DNA of 64,000 nt from Bacteroidia bacterium (GCA_035439485.1 DAORKI010000004.1:5745-69744), one strand, 5' to 3'. Numbered from the stretch's first letter, positions 40,456 to 50,684 are shown. Notes: generated by a model from the sequence alone, not told the origin. Numbers and translations: made by a program.

Positions 40456-42783
40456 TTATTTAAATCCAAAACTAACTTCTACCCTATTATTTTTTTCTTT
40501 TCCTTCGTTTGTCGAATTTTCGACTATGTTTTTTGAATCCCCAAAAGGAACTATTTTTAAGCGGCTACTTTCAATTCCTTTTTTCATAAAATATTCTCCA
40601 AGCACAGCTGCACGGTCTTTTGTAAGTGTCATGGCAAAGGAGTCACTATTCGTATTATCCGTATGCACTTCCATTTTCAAAACCAATGCCTGGTTGTTTT
40701 TCATCAATTGAGCCAATTTATCTAAATTTTCGTAGGCAATGCTCAAAATTTCATCTTTTAAAGGTGCAAATTTTATGGTTTCACTGGCTTTTTTAACAAT
40801 AAACATTTCCTCAGGACTCAGCTCAGGACAGCCCTTATTATTAGCACTACCTTTCGTTTGAGGGCAATCATCATCTTTATCCATAATTCCATCTCCATCT
40901 GAATCCTTGTTAGGACAACCTCTATTTTCTTTGCTACCAGGTTCAGTTGGACATTGGTCATCAATATCAGGAACGCCATCTTTATCGTTATCAACTGGGC
41001 AGCCATTATTATCTATGGTTCCAAAATCATTTGGACACTTATCCTCTTCATCTTTTATTCCATCGCCATCGCTATCAGGGCAGCCTTTCATCTCTTGCAA
41101 GCCTTTCTGATCAGGGCATAAATCTTCATCGTCTCTTATACCATCATCGTCTCTATCAGGGCAACCTTGAAAACGTTGTGAGCCAGGCACATCAGGACAT
41201 TTATCAAATTTATCTATAACATTATCACCATCCTTATCAGGACAACCTTTAAATCTTGGCAAACCATAATCAGTAGGGCATTGATCTTCAAAATCAGGGA
41301 CTCTGTCATTATCACTATCTGGACAGCCTTTCATTTCGAGAGAACCTTTTGCCTTAGGGCATTTATCTTCGCTATCAGGAATTCCATCACCATCTTCATC
41401 TTCAGAATAAGGATCATTTCCAAATCTTAAGTTCATGCCAATACGGATGTTGAAAGATTTAGCGTTTTGAGGAAAAATGGCACCAAAGATATTATCACTT
41501 ACGATATAAAACTGGCTTCCGCTCCAAGTATTTAATGAAACACCCCAACCTAAATTGTTGTAACTTTTATTAAACATAGAATAACATAGATTCATATGAA
41601 TTAAATCAGTTAATCTTCCGCCTATCGAAACACTCAAACCAGGGCGCATTTTGCCATCATAAAATAACCCATGTAAAACTAAATTAGTTTGAAAACGTTC
41701 AGTTAATTGATAAGTGCCACCAAGGTAAATTTGCTTATTAAGTTTGGTGCGATATTCATTTGAAGTAGAATCTATATTAAATGTAGCGTATGCCGAATCA
41801 AGCACAGCATTAAAAGCCTGATTGATGGTTGTTGTATCATTAATTAAATCGCCAATATACAAACCTCTGTATGTATAGCTGGCTTCAGGATTTTCACTTT
41901 GAAAATTTTGCACGTTGGATCGCCATTTTATTCCACCAAAATCAATCATTGATAAATTCACAAAAATTTTATCTGTTAATTTATATTGCGCTCCTAAATC
42001 AATTGCATGCCCATTATTTTTAAGTCCAAAGGCATAATCTGTAAACTTTGTATCTGAACCCAAAAGGTCTTTAATGTTACCCGATTTGTTGATTAAAACA
42101 TCAGATTGTGCCTTTAGTGCATAATCATATGCATCAGTATATAGCGAAATTCCTGATCTTACGGTTTGGATATTTTCCATGCCATACAAGTATTTGTATT
42201 TTATTCCAGCCGTTAGTTTATTATTCACTTTTAAAACGTAATTTAGGCCATACTCACGATAATGAGTGTATTGTAACCCAAGATTTAATTGAATAGTTTT
42301 TCCAATTTGAGGACCGTTTCCATTCCATAAAAAATCAATTAATCCTTTGCTATAATTGGCAATTCCACTAAACTTTTCAGTGGCGGTAATATTAAAATAA
42401 TTTTTTTTTATTCTAAAGCCAACGGATAAAATATCGATTTGAGCGTTAGTTAAAAGGTAATTGTTATCATCCATTTTACTAATAGCCTTATTCATATCAA
42501 AAGTTAAGGAATCGTCATTTCTTTTATAAATTAAATCGTGATAACGAAATCCTGTATTGGTTATTCCAAAGTAAGTTGAAGAAAGTACGGGGATTCCTAC
42601 GTTTACAGCATTAATAGGGAAAATTGAAGGGTTACAATAAATACTTTGACTTATACTACTCATATTATATAGCGTATAATTTTGCTGTGCAACAGAAACA
42701 GAAGATTTGGCAAACAGAATTGTTACCGCAATAAAAGTAATTTTAATATAATCAAAAGGTAGTCTTATCGTCATCTTTAACAA
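40456..42783 (-). CDS. OmpA-family outer-membrane protein with N-terminal beta-barrel-like domain and thrombospondin type 3 (Ca-binding) repeats
   Basis: The central region has repeated 'D-x-D-x-D-G-[IV]-x-D-x-x-D-x-C-P' TSP3 motifs. The C-terminal OmpA_C domain contains 'NRVEVSF'. Confidence 0.8.
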   Translation of the reverse strand: MLKMTIRLPFDYIKITFIAVTILFAKSSVSVAQQNYTLYNMSSISQSIYCNPSIFPINAVNVGIPVLSSTYFGITNTGFRYHDLIYKRNDDSLTFDMNKAISKMDDNNYLLTNAQIDILSVGFRIKKNYFNITATEKFSGIANYSKGLIDFLWNGNGPQIGKTIQLNLGLQYTHYREYGLNYVLKVNNKLTAGIKYKYLYGMENIQTVRSGISLYTDAYDYALKAQSDVLINKSGNIKDLLGSDTKFTDYAFGLKNNGHAIDLGAQYKLTDKIFVNLSMIDFGGIKWRSNVQNFQSENPEASYTYRGLYIGDLINDTTTINQAFNAVLDSAYATFNIDSTSNEYRTKLNKQIYLGGTYQLTERFQTNLVLHGLFYDGKMRPGLSVSIGGRLTDLIHMNLCYSMFNKSYNNLGWGVSLNTWSGSQFYIVSDNIFGAIFPQNAKSFNIRIGMNLRFGNDPYSEDEDGDGIPDSEDKCPKAKGSLEMKGCPDSDNDRVPDFEDQCPTDYGLPRFKGCPDKDGDNVIDKFDKCPDVPGSQRFQGCPDRDDDGIRDDEDLCPDQKGLQEMKGCPDSDGDGIKDEEDKCPNDFGTIDNNGCPVDNDKDGVPDIDDQCPTEPGSKENRGCPNKDSDGDGIMDKDDDCPQTKGSANNKGCPELSPEEMFIVKKASETIKFAPLKDEILSIAYENLDKLAQLMKNNQALVLKMEVHTDNTNSDSFAMTLTKDRAAVLGEYFMKKGIESSRLKIVPFGDSKNIVENSTNEGKEKNNRVEVSFGFK
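40820..41425 (-). repeat. imperfect tandem coding repeats (TSP3 units)
   Basis: Recurrent DNA segments such as 'atcagggcagcctt', 'ggacagcctt', 'gggcatttatc' and 'ggacatttatc' correspond to repeated GCPD...DxDxDG peptide units. Confidence 0.7.
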
Positions 42784-42822
42784 ATTGATGTAAAACTACA
42801 AAAGAATATCACACTTCAAAAA

Positions 42823-43398
42823 CTATTTTGCTTTTGCTGTATCTTTTATTTTTTTTAGAGATTCTTTTACAGTTTTCATGTACTTTTTATCACTGTAAAA
42901 TCCTTCATCTTCGCCCGCTTTGTAGCCTATCATAACTTTAGGAAAATCAAGAGCGTCAAGCACATCGGTAGGTAAATTTAAATTATTCTTGTTAGGAATT
43001 TCAGATATCAATTCAACTTCAAAGTCAACTTGGTATCCATTATCTTCATTTTGAGGATCAACATCCCATCTATTTGTATTAATTAATACGCAAGTGTTTT
43101 CATAACCAATTCTGCTATATTCAATGGCGTAGTAATAATCTTTTCCTAATGTAAATTGAAACGCTCCGTTTTTACCAGTGTATATTGAATCAATTTTGGA
43201 ATTTCCTTTAAAAAGTCTAATAGTTACTCCTTCTAATCGTGCTTCATCATCTACAACAATGCCTTGTATAACCAAAAAATCCTCCTTTGGTGCTGCTGGT
43301 TCACTTTTTTGGGCGAAAAGTTGAGTAGAGGCAATAATAAAAACAGATTTAACAGCGGCTATTTTGATCCAATTCATGGTTATTTTTTTAATAAACAA
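42823..43398 (-). CDS. secreted carboxypeptidase-regulatory-like (CarboxypepD_reg) domain protein
   Basis: After a signal peptide, 'IQGIVVDDEARLEGVTIRLFKGNSKIDSIYTGKNGAFQF' matches the CarboxypepD_reg/transthyretin-like fold signature. Confidence 0.45.
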   Translation of the reverse strand: MFIKKITMNWIKIAAVKSVFIIASTQLFAQKSEPAAPKEDFLVIQGIVVDDEARLEGVTIRLFKGNSKIDSIYTGKNGAFQFTLGKDYYYAIEYSRIGYENTCVLINTNRWDVDPQNEDNGYQVDFEVELISEIPNKNNLNLPTDVLDALDFPKVMIGYKAGEDEGFYSDKKYMKTVKESLKKIKDTAKAK

Positions 43399-43479
43399 TG
43401 TTATTGAAAATTGAAATTTAAGTGAGGGTCAATTGAATTAAGTTTTAAACCTTTTCATGTTAATAGTCAAATAATAATA

Positions 43480-44334
43480 TTATTTAGGTGCAATAGTGAT
43501 AACTGGCACTTCCGAAATATTAATTATTTCTTGTGCTAAAGAGCTCACAAAATAAGGTGTATGGCTTATTTCTTGTTGGGTTAATAGCATAATTACATCT
43601 CCTTCTATTTTTCTAGCATAATCGGCAATAATCTCTCCTAATGATTCGTATCCAAGTGAGGATTTAATAATTTCGGCAGTATATTTGACCTTACTTTTTT
43701 CAATAATCAATTTTACTTCAATCAACTGTTGCCCTAATCTGTTTATTAAATATTCATCAGCATCAAAAACTACAGTTACAATATTTAAAATAATACTTGA
43801 ATCTAATTTTGCCAGCGCAATTGCCTTATTTAATTTGTCTTTAGAATCTTTAGATAAATCAACTGGTAAAATAATATTTTTAAATTTTGTTAATTGACTA
43901 TGTTGATTACTTGAAAGCACTGGAACCGGGCAGCTTCTCATTATTCTTAAAGCATTTGAACCTAAAAAGCGGTTTTTATAATCACCAGCACTGTTGCACC
44001 CCATAATAAGTAGTTTAGTATTAATGGCGGCCGCTTTTTCCAATATTCTATCGTAAACTTTTCCTTTTTCAATGTATATTTGAAGCTTGTCTATATCTTT
44101 CAACTCAGAAACATTGCTCAAGATGGCTTCAAATTTTAATCTTATATTTTTTTTTATAAATTCGTCTTGTTGTAAATTAGTTGTTGCCTGACTGTGTTCT
44201 GGGCCTTCAATTACATAAATAAAGTGCAAGCTAGTTTGAATGCTTTTACTAATAACAACAGCATATTTAATAGCTTGTACAGATTGGTCAGAGAAATCGG
44301 TTGGAATTAAAATATTAAAATTTGCGGCTGACAT
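43480..44334 (-). CDS. universal stress protein, tandem UspA domains
   Basis: The 284-aa ORF has two Usp modules. The C-terminal module has an ATP-binding-like 'GxxG(9)G-S' region ('MGCNSAGDY'). Confidence 0.75.
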   Translation of the reverse strand: MSAANFNILIPTDFSDQSVQAIKYAVVISKSIQTSLHFIYVIEGPEHSQATTNLQQDEFIKKNIRLKFEAILSNVSELKDIDKLQIYIEKGKVYDRILEKAAAINTKLLIMGCNSAGDYKNRFLGSNALRIMRSCPVPVLSSNQHSQLTKFKNIILPVDLSKDSKDKLNKAIALAKLDSSIILNIVTVVFDADEYLINRLGQQLIEVKLIIEKSKVKYTAEIIKSSLGYESLGEIIADYARKIEGDVIMLLTQQEISHTPYFVSSLAQEIINISEVPVITIAPK

Positions 44335-44410
44335 ATAAAAAATAAATATTTTTGAAAATTATCTTAGACATCAAAAAAACATCACAAATAAAACAAATAT
44401 AATTTAAACT

Positions 44411-45286
44411 TTGCATATGAACAAAATTCCAGACTCCGAATTAATTTTAAACCCTGATGGCAGTATTTTTCATTTACATCTTTTGCCACATCAAATAAGC
44501 GATACAATACTTTTAGTGGGTGACCCAGGAAGAGTGGAGATGGTTTCAAAAAACTTTGATCATATTGATTATAAAATACAAAATCGAGAATTTGCGACCC
44601 ATACTGGAATGTATAACAATAAGAAAGTTTCGGTGGTAAGCACAGGCATTGGTACCGATAATATTGATATTGTGATTAATGAACTAGATGCTCTGGTAAA
44701 TATTGATTTAAAAAATAGAATTGAAAAAAAAGAAAAGACCAAATTAAAGCTCATTCGCATAGGTACTTCAGGTGCGTTGCAAGAAGATATTAATGTTGAC
44801 TCATTTGTTTTATCAGAATATGGTTTAGGTATGGATGGTTTATTGCATTTTTACAAACATGATTTTTCAGAAGAACAAGATATTTTAAAAGCTTTTATAG
44901 CGCAAACAAACTGGAAAGCTCCGCTTAATTCGCCATATCTCATAAAAGGAAGTACCACATTATTTAATACTTTAAAAGATGGTATGCATTCGGGAATAAC
45001 TGCCACTGCATGTGGTTTTTATGGTCCACAAGGTAGGCGTTTGAGGCTTGATATGGCTATTGATGGTTTAAATGAAAAACTTACTGCATTTCATTATAAA
45101 CAACATAGAGTTACAAATTTTGAAATGGAAACATCAGCACTATTTGGATTGAGTAAATTACTTGGTCATGAAGCTATTACGGCATGCGCCATTATTGCCA
45201 ATAGGATACGAAAAGAATATAGTAAAGATTATAAAGTTACTGTTGATAAGTTGGTTAAAATAATATTAAAGAGACTTACAGATTAG
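44411..45286 (+). CDS. nucleoside phosphorylase (PNP/UDP phosphorylase family 1)
   Basis: It has the 'GTSGAL' phosphate-binding motif and an 'EMET' region typical of the PNP_UDP_1 family. Confidence 0.75.
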   Translation: MHMNKIPDSELILNPDGSIFHLHLLPHQISDTILLVGDPGRVEMVSKNFDHIDYKIQNREFATHTGMYNNKKVSVVSTGIGTDNIDIVINELDALVNIDLKNRIEKKEKTKLKLIRIGTSGALQEDINVDSFVLSEYGLGMDGLLHFYKHDFSEEQDILKAFIAQTNWKAPLNSPYLIKGSTTLFNTLKDGMHSGITATACGFYGPQGRRLRLDMAIDGLNEKLTAFHYKQHRVTNFEMETSALFGLSKLLGHEAITACAIIANRIRKEYSKDYKVTVDKLVKIILKRLTD

Positions 45287-45357
45287 ATTTCATTTCGATA
45301 GATATTTACAAAATTAAATTCAGAGTCATAACTGAAATATAGTTGTAAATAATTAAA

Positions 45358-46230
45358 ATGAATACAAGTGAATTAAATGCATTAATTAGTTTATTAGATG
45401 ATCCTGATGAGACCATTTTTGAACAAATTAATGGTAAAATTTTGGCACAAGGCTCAACTGTGGTAAATGAATTGGAGCTAGCTTGGGAAAATAGTAAAAG
45501 TATTTTACAACAACAAAGAATTGAAAATTTAATTCAAAAAATACAATTTTCAGACACTTCAAATGGACTGAATCAATGGATTGCTGGAGGTGGTAAGGAT
45601 TTATTAGAAGGTGCAATTATTATTGCTAAATATCAGTTTCCTGATTTAAATGAAGGTAAAATTTACAGTTATATTGATCAACTAAAGCAAGACATTTGGC
45701 TTGAATTAAATCCAAATTTAACCGCCTTAGAACAAGTTAGGGTAATTAATCATATATTATTTGAAGTACATTATTTTATTGGAAACAATACCGATTTTCA
45801 TCATCCTAACAATTCATTTATTAATACCGTACTTGAATCTAAAAGAGGAAATCCATTATCGCTTTCCATAATTTATGCAATTTTGGCACAAAAACTAACC
45901 ATGCCTATTTATGGGGTTAATTTACCTCAACACTTTATTTTGGCCTACATGGGTGGAGAAAACACATTTGGATTATATGATTTGGACAAAAATAAAGAAG
46001 TACTTTTTTATATTAATGCTTTCAGCAAAGGAACAATTTTCAATAGAAATGAAGTTGAAGCTTACCTGCAACAATTAAAATTAAGTCCTAATGATAATTA
46101 TTTCTACCCTTGCAACAATATTGAAATGATTAAACGCATGATTAACAATTTGATTTTTGCATTTGAAAAAAATGGGAACGAACAAAAGTCAAAAGACATG
46201 AAATTATTACTTAAGAGTTTTAAAAGTTAA
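45358..46230 (+). CDS. transglutaminase-like superfamily protein (UPF0162/SirB1-like)
   Basis: The region 'GNPLSLSIIYAILAQKLTMPIYGVNLPQHFIL' resembles the transglutaminase-like core of UPF0162 proteins. The assignment is tentative. Confidence 0.4.
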   Translation: MNTSELNALISLLDDPDETIFEQINGKILAQGSTVVNELELAWENSKSILQQQRIENLIQKIQFSDTSNGLNQWIAGGGKDLLEGAIIIAKYQFPDLNEGKIYSYIDQLKQDIWLELNPNLTALEQVRVINHILFEVHYFIGNNTDFHHPNNSFINTVLESKRGNPLSLSIIYAILAQKLTMPIYGVNLPQHFILAYMGGENTFGLYDLDKNKEVLFYINAFSKGTIFNRNEVEAYLQQLKLSPNDNYFYPCNNIEMIKRMINNLIFAFEKNGNEQKSKDMKLLLKSFKS

Positions 46231-46234
46231 CGCT

Positions 46235-48124
46235 ATGTTGATACCTAAAAAAAACACACCTAGGTGGATTATCTTTATAATAGATATCCTGATTTGTGTT
46301 TTTTCAATATTTTTAGCCTACTTACTGCGCTTTAACTTTCAAATTCCTGAAATGGATAAGCAAGAGATGCCTTTAGTAATTGGCTGCATTTTAACGATTC
46401 GAATAATTAGCTTTCTTATAGGAAAGACTTATGCAAGTATTATTCGGTATACTAGCTCAAAGGATGCGCAAAGAATATTTACGGTTATTTCGATTGGTTC
46501 TCTATTATTAGGTTTAACAGATATATTTACTTATGTAATTAATGGCAGAATTATTATTCCAAGTTCAATCATCATAATTGATTTTATTAGTACTGTTTTC
46601 TTATTAGTAGCTTCAAGGACCTTAGTAAAGGTGCTCTATTATGAGTTAAAAAATCCAAGACGCGAAAAAACTAAGGTAATTGTATATGGTGCAGGCGAAG
46701 CTGGAGTGATAACGCTAAGGACTTTAGATAAAGATGCAGGAGCAAAATACAAGGTAGTGGCGTTTATTGATGATGATAAGAAGAAGAAAGGAAAAAAAAT
46801 AGAAGGGGTTAAAATATATCACACCGATGAACTGGACCAGTTGTTGAGCGAATCTGAAATTACCTTTATCATTATTTCAACCACTCACATTCCATCTTCA
46901 AAAAAGCAAGCATTGGTTGAAAAGTGTTTAAATTACAACACACGAGTGCTTAATGTACCTCCTATTTCAAGTTGGATAAATGGCCAATTGAGTTTTAAGC
47001 AAATCAAAAAAATAAAAATAGAAGAATTATTGGAACGTGATGAAATTGTACTTGACAAGCAAAAGATTTTCGAACAATTACATGGGAAAACAATTCTTGT
47101 AACTGGAGCAGCAGGTTCTATAGGTAGTGAAATTGTTAGGCAAATAATCAACTATAATCCCAAAAAAATAGTATTATTAGACCAAGCCGAAAGTCCTATA
47201 TATGATTTGGTAAATGAGCTAAAGGAACACAATCAAACATCATTTGAAGAGGTTATAGCAGATGTACGAAATCAGGAAAGGATGGAAAACGTGTTTAACT
47301 TTTTTAAACCTGAAATTGTGTATCATGCAGCTGCATACAAACATGTTCCATTAATGGAAATGAATCCATCAGAAGCCATTTCAACTAATGTTGGAGGTAC
47401 AAAAATAGTTGCGGATTTAGCTATCAAGTATGGTACAAATAAGTTTGTGTTAGTTTCAACAGATAAAGCAGTAAACCCAACCAGTGTAATGGGCGCATCA
47501 AAAAGAGCTGCCGAAATATATACACAAGCACTAGGCAAAACAAGCAACACAAAATTTATCACTACTCGGTTTGGCAATGTTTTAGGTTCAAATGGCTCAG
47601 TTATTCCATTATTTAAAAAGCAAATTGAAAAAGGAGGTCCTTTAACTATTACACATCCTGAAATTACCCGATATTTTATGACCATACCAGAAGCTTGCCA
47701 ACTGGTGTTAGAGGCGGGTTGTATGGGCAATGGAGGTGAAATTTTTATTTTCGATATGGGTGAATCCGTTAAAATTGTTGACTTAGCAAACAAAATGATA
47801 CGTTTGAGCGGGCTCACCGTTGGAAAAGATATTGAAATTGCCTTCACGGGTCTTCGACCAGGCGAGAAGCTATATGAAGAGTTATTGAACAATGCGGAAA
47901 ATACACTTCCCACACACAATAAGCAAATCATGATTGCCAAAGTTCAACCTTATAATATAGAAGAAATTAGGCCTCAAATAACTAAATTGATTGATCTTTT
48001 TTACACTCAAGATAATGTTAAAATAGTTACACAATTAAAATCAATTGTTCCAGAATATATAAGCAATAACTCTGTTTTCGAGCAACTTGACTCAACTTCA
48101 AAAGAAAACGAGAATCATAAATAA
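46235..48124 (+). CDS. membrane-anchored UDP-GlcNAc 4,6-dehydratase-like polysaccharide biosynthesis protein (CapD/WbpM/PglF family)
   Basis: It has four N-terminal transmembrane helices and a short-chain dehydrogenase/reductase-type Rossmann domain with 'VTGAAGSIGSE' and the 'YxxxK' motif ('YKHVP', 'SVMGASK'). Confidence 0.9.
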   Translation: MLIPKKNTPRWIIFIIDILICVFSIFLAYLLRFNFQIPEMDKQEMPLVIGCILTIRIISFLIGKTYASIIRYTSSKDAQRIFTVISIGSLLLGLTDIFTYVINGRIIIPSSIIIIDFISTVFLLVASRTLVKVLYYELKNPRREKTKVIVYGAGEAGVITLRTLDKDAGAKYKVVAFIDDDKKKKGKKIEGVKIYHTDELDQLLSESEITFIIISTTHIPSSKKQALVEKCLNYNTRVLNVPPISSWINGQLSFKQIKKIKIEELLERDEIVLDKQKIFEQLHGKTILVTGAAGSIGSEIVRQIINYNPKKIVLLDQAESPIYDLVNELKEHNQTSFEEVIADVRNQERMENVFNFFKPEIVYHAAAYKHVPLMEMNPSEAISTNVGGTKIVADLAIKYGTNKFVLVSTDKAVNPTSVMGASKRAAEIYTQALGKTSNTKFITTRFGNVLGSNGSVIPLFKKQIEKGGPLTITHPEITRYFMTIPEACQLVLEAGCMGNGGEIFIFDMGESVKIVDLANKMIRLSGLTVGKDIEIAFTGLRPGEKLYEELLNNAENTLPTHNKQIMIAKVQPYNIEEIRPQITKLIDLFYTQDNVKIVTQLKSIVPEYISNNSVFEQLDSTSKENENHK

Positions 48125-48252
48125 TTGTCATTAATCAGAATTTGGATAAAACTTGAGAAGATTTTTTATAAAAAATTAACTAGTTAATAAAAAACAATTA
48201 AGTTTGTTGCTATAATTTGTAGCACTGATTTTAAAGGTTTATAAATAGCGTA

Positions 48253-49575
48253 ATGAATAGAAATATTATTAATTTGAGTTTGGTTGTATTTTGCATTTTT
48301 TTCATTAGAACAAATGAGATTAAAGCCCAATGCAATAACATTTTTCAGTTTACAGTGTTAGCCACTCCAGCTACATGTCTATTAGCAGATGGGAATATAG
48401 GAATAACCAATGTTACAGGAGGAAGTGGTGTTTATACCTTTTCTTTGCTAAGTGGTCCTGCTACTGGGCCTAGTGTTCCACCTAACAATCATGCATTTCC
48501 AAATTTATCGGCAGGTGTATATAGCTTTACCATATCTGATGGAACCTGCGATACTACAGTAAGTGTTACAGTAGAAATCACAGGCAGTATTACAAGTGCT
48601 TCTGCAATTACTACTCCAACCTCATGCACTGGAAGTACAGGAACAATTACTGTTTCTCATCAACCAGCTGCTGTAAATGTTGTTAATTATATATTAACTC
48701 CACCTAATGCTCCCAATAATGCTACAGGTGTTTTTACTGCATTACCTGCTGGTAATTATAGTGTAGTGCTTGAAGATGCTAACAATTGCCCATTTACAAT
48801 TAATGGAATTGTAATTAATGCACCTGCCCCAATTACAAATGCTGATATAGTAGTGACCCCAATTGTATGCAAAGGAGCACTGGGAGTAATTGAAGTAAAT
48901 GGTGTAACAGGAGGAACAGCACCATTTCAATACCAATTCGACAATAATCCTTTTTCAGGAACATCAACTTTTACGGATGTTTTGCAGGGTGTACATGCAA
49001 TTAATATTATTGACGCTAACGGATGCACCTACACCGAAGGAGTTATGATGACAGGAAGCACAACCGAATTAAAAGATTGTAGTGCTGGAAAGGACACCAC
49101 TATTTTCTTTGGTGAAAATGCTCCACTATCAGCAATTAAAGGCGTTGGAAGTAAGTTTTTTTGGTCACCTGGCGACTTGCTCGATGATAGTTTATTGTTA
49201 AATCCAACCGCCTTTCCCAGAACAACAACCACCTATACTTTCACTACTAAAACAGCAGAAGGATGCACTTGTATTGATAGGGTCACTGTTAGGGTTGTAC
49301 CACTTATAAAAATTCCGAACACATTTACACCAAATCAGGATGGAACCAATGATATTTGGATTATAGAAAACACGGAACTTTATGAAGAGGTTGAATTAAA
49401 TATTTTTAACCGTTGGGGCGATAAAGTATATTACAAAAAAGATTACAAAGCCGGCACAGATGAATGGACTGGAGGATCATTGCCTCCAGCAACTTATTAC
49501 TATGTTTTGAGGTTTAAATATCCCAACAATGATGAACGTTTTGAATATACAGGAGGAATTACACTTATTAGATAA
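48253..49575 (+). CDS. SprB-repeat cell-surface protein with gliding-motility-associated (T9SS type B) C-terminal domain
   Basis: It has a signal peptide and at least four 'C-x-G-x-x-(D/N)G-x-I' SprB repeats ('ATCLLADGNIGI', 'SCTGSTGTITV', 'VCKGALGVIEV', 'CTYTEGVMM'). The C-terminal region 'TFTPNQDGTNDIW...YYYVL' is the type B sorting domain signature. Confidence 0.75.
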   Translation: MNRNIINLSLVVFCIFFIRTNEIKAQCNNIFQFTVLATPATCLLADGNIGITNVTGGSGVYTFSLLSGPATGPSVPPNNHAFPNLSAGVYSFTISDGTCDTTVSVTVEITGSITSASAITTPTSCTGSTGTITVSHQPAAVNVVNYILTPPNAPNNATGVFTALPAGNYSVVLEDANNCPFTINGIVINAPAPITNADIVVTPIVCKGALGVIEVNGVTGGTAPFQYQFDNNPFSGTSTFTDVLQGVHAINIIDANGCTYTEGVMMTGSTTELKDCSAGKDTTIFFGENAPLSAIKGVGSKFFWSPGDLLDDSLLLNPTAFPRTTTTYTFTTKTAEGCTCIDRVTVRVVPLIKIPNTFTPNQDGTNDIWIIENTELYEEVELNIFNRWGDKVYYKKDYKAGTDEWTGGSLPPATYYYVLRFKYPNNDERFEYTGGITLIR

Positions 49576-49592
49576 AACAGAAACAGCAATTT

Positions 49593-50567
49593 ATGACCTA
49601 CATTAATAAAATAATTCTGCTTTTTATAAGCTTGTTTTTTGTTACCAACTTGCATGAAATTAAAGCACAACAAACTTCTCAATACACACAATATATTTTC
49701 AATTATTTTGGCATTAATCCTGCTGCAGGTGGTTCTACCAAATGCTTGCAACTTAAGGCTGGCTACCGTAAGCAATGGTGGGGCTTTGAATCAGCTCCTG
49801 TTGAACAATTTTTTAGTGTTAGTGGAATATTAAAAAACAGAAAGCCTTATGTTAAAAGTAAAAATGTAATTGGATTTTATCAAGAACAAGATAAAACAGG
49901 TGGTCAGGGACCAACAGCAAGAAATTCATTTAATTTAAATTATTCTTATCATTTACCTTTATCAAGTAATTTTTATGCGTCTGCTGGTGTATTTGTTGGT
50001 TTGATTCAATTCAGTTTTATACGTGATAATGTTTCACTTACTGTTGCTGATGATAATGCTATTGGTGCTTCAAAAAAAGTAATACTATATCCTGATATTA
50101 ATCCAGGCGTTATGATTTATAATCCTAATCTTTTTCTAGGGTATTCGATGAAATACGCTATTCAAAAAAAATTGGATCCCATATATGGCGTAGGTAGTAC
50201 CTTGCAAAGAACTCATTATATTACCACGGGAGCAAGCCTCCATGGAAATCGCAAAGAAATTTCGTATATGCCATCTATTAATGTAAAATTGGGTGGCGGG
50301 GGTTCACCAGTAGGATTAGATGTAGGTTTCTTAGTTGATTATGATGATCAATTTAGATGTGGTGTAGTTTATCGAAAAAATGATGCTGCTTGTGCCATTG
50401 TGCAATTTAGAGTTAAAAGATTTCAAGTTGGATACGCCTTTGATTATGTAACCTCAAAGGTTAGATTTGGTGCAGCAAATACGCATGAAATCATGATTGG
50501 TTACAGAATATGTAAGGATAATGGTGGAGGTGTGAATGATGAAGGTCGTTGTTATGCCTATGATTGA
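49593..50567 (+). CDS. type IX secretion system membrane protein PorP/SprF family
   Basis: After the signal peptide comes 'QQTSQYTQYIFNYFGINPAAGG', the hallmark PorP/SprF N-terminal motif. The gene lies 17 bp downstream of the type-B cargo gene, the usual pairing. Confidence 0.8.
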   Translation: MTYINKIILLFISLFFVTNLHEIKAQQTSQYTQYIFNYFGINPAAGGSTKCLQLKAGYRKQWWGFESAPVEQFFSVSGILKNRKPYVKSKNVIGFYQEQDKTGGQGPTARNSFNLNYSYHLPLSSNFYASAGVFVGLIQFSFIRDNVSLTVADDNAIGASKKVILYPDINPGVMIYNPNLFLGYSMKYAIQKKLDPIYGVGSTLQRTHYITTGASLHGNRKEISYMPSINVKLGGGGSPVGLDVGFLVDYDDQFRCGVVYRKNDAACAIVQFRVKRFQVGYAFDYVTSKVRFGAANTHEIMIGYRICKDNGGGVNDEGRCYAYD

Positions 50568-50684
50568 TTCTATTCTAATAAACAAATATACTCTTTTCCA
50601 TTTTTGACCTTGTAAAGCTTAACAATTGTTGAATCAAGGGATTCATTTTTTTAATATATTTATAGAATTAAATTTCCCTTATTT

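Noticed and set aside
40947-41219. 90-aa plus-strand ORF (also 40907-41110) with a repetitive His/Tyr/Gln-rich sequence
   Set aside because: It is generated by reading the TSP3 tandem repeats on the opposite strand. The periodicity comes from the repeat, not from selection.
40820-41425. Possibility that the regularly repeated DNA is a CRISPR array
   Set aside because: The repeats are imperfect and contiguous, with no unique spacers. They are in frame within a long ORF encoding canonical TSP3 motifs, and no cas genes are in the window.
47323-47940. 205-aa minus-strand ORF
   Set aside because: It is antisense to the CapD-like dehydratase catalytic domain and is a shadow ORF.
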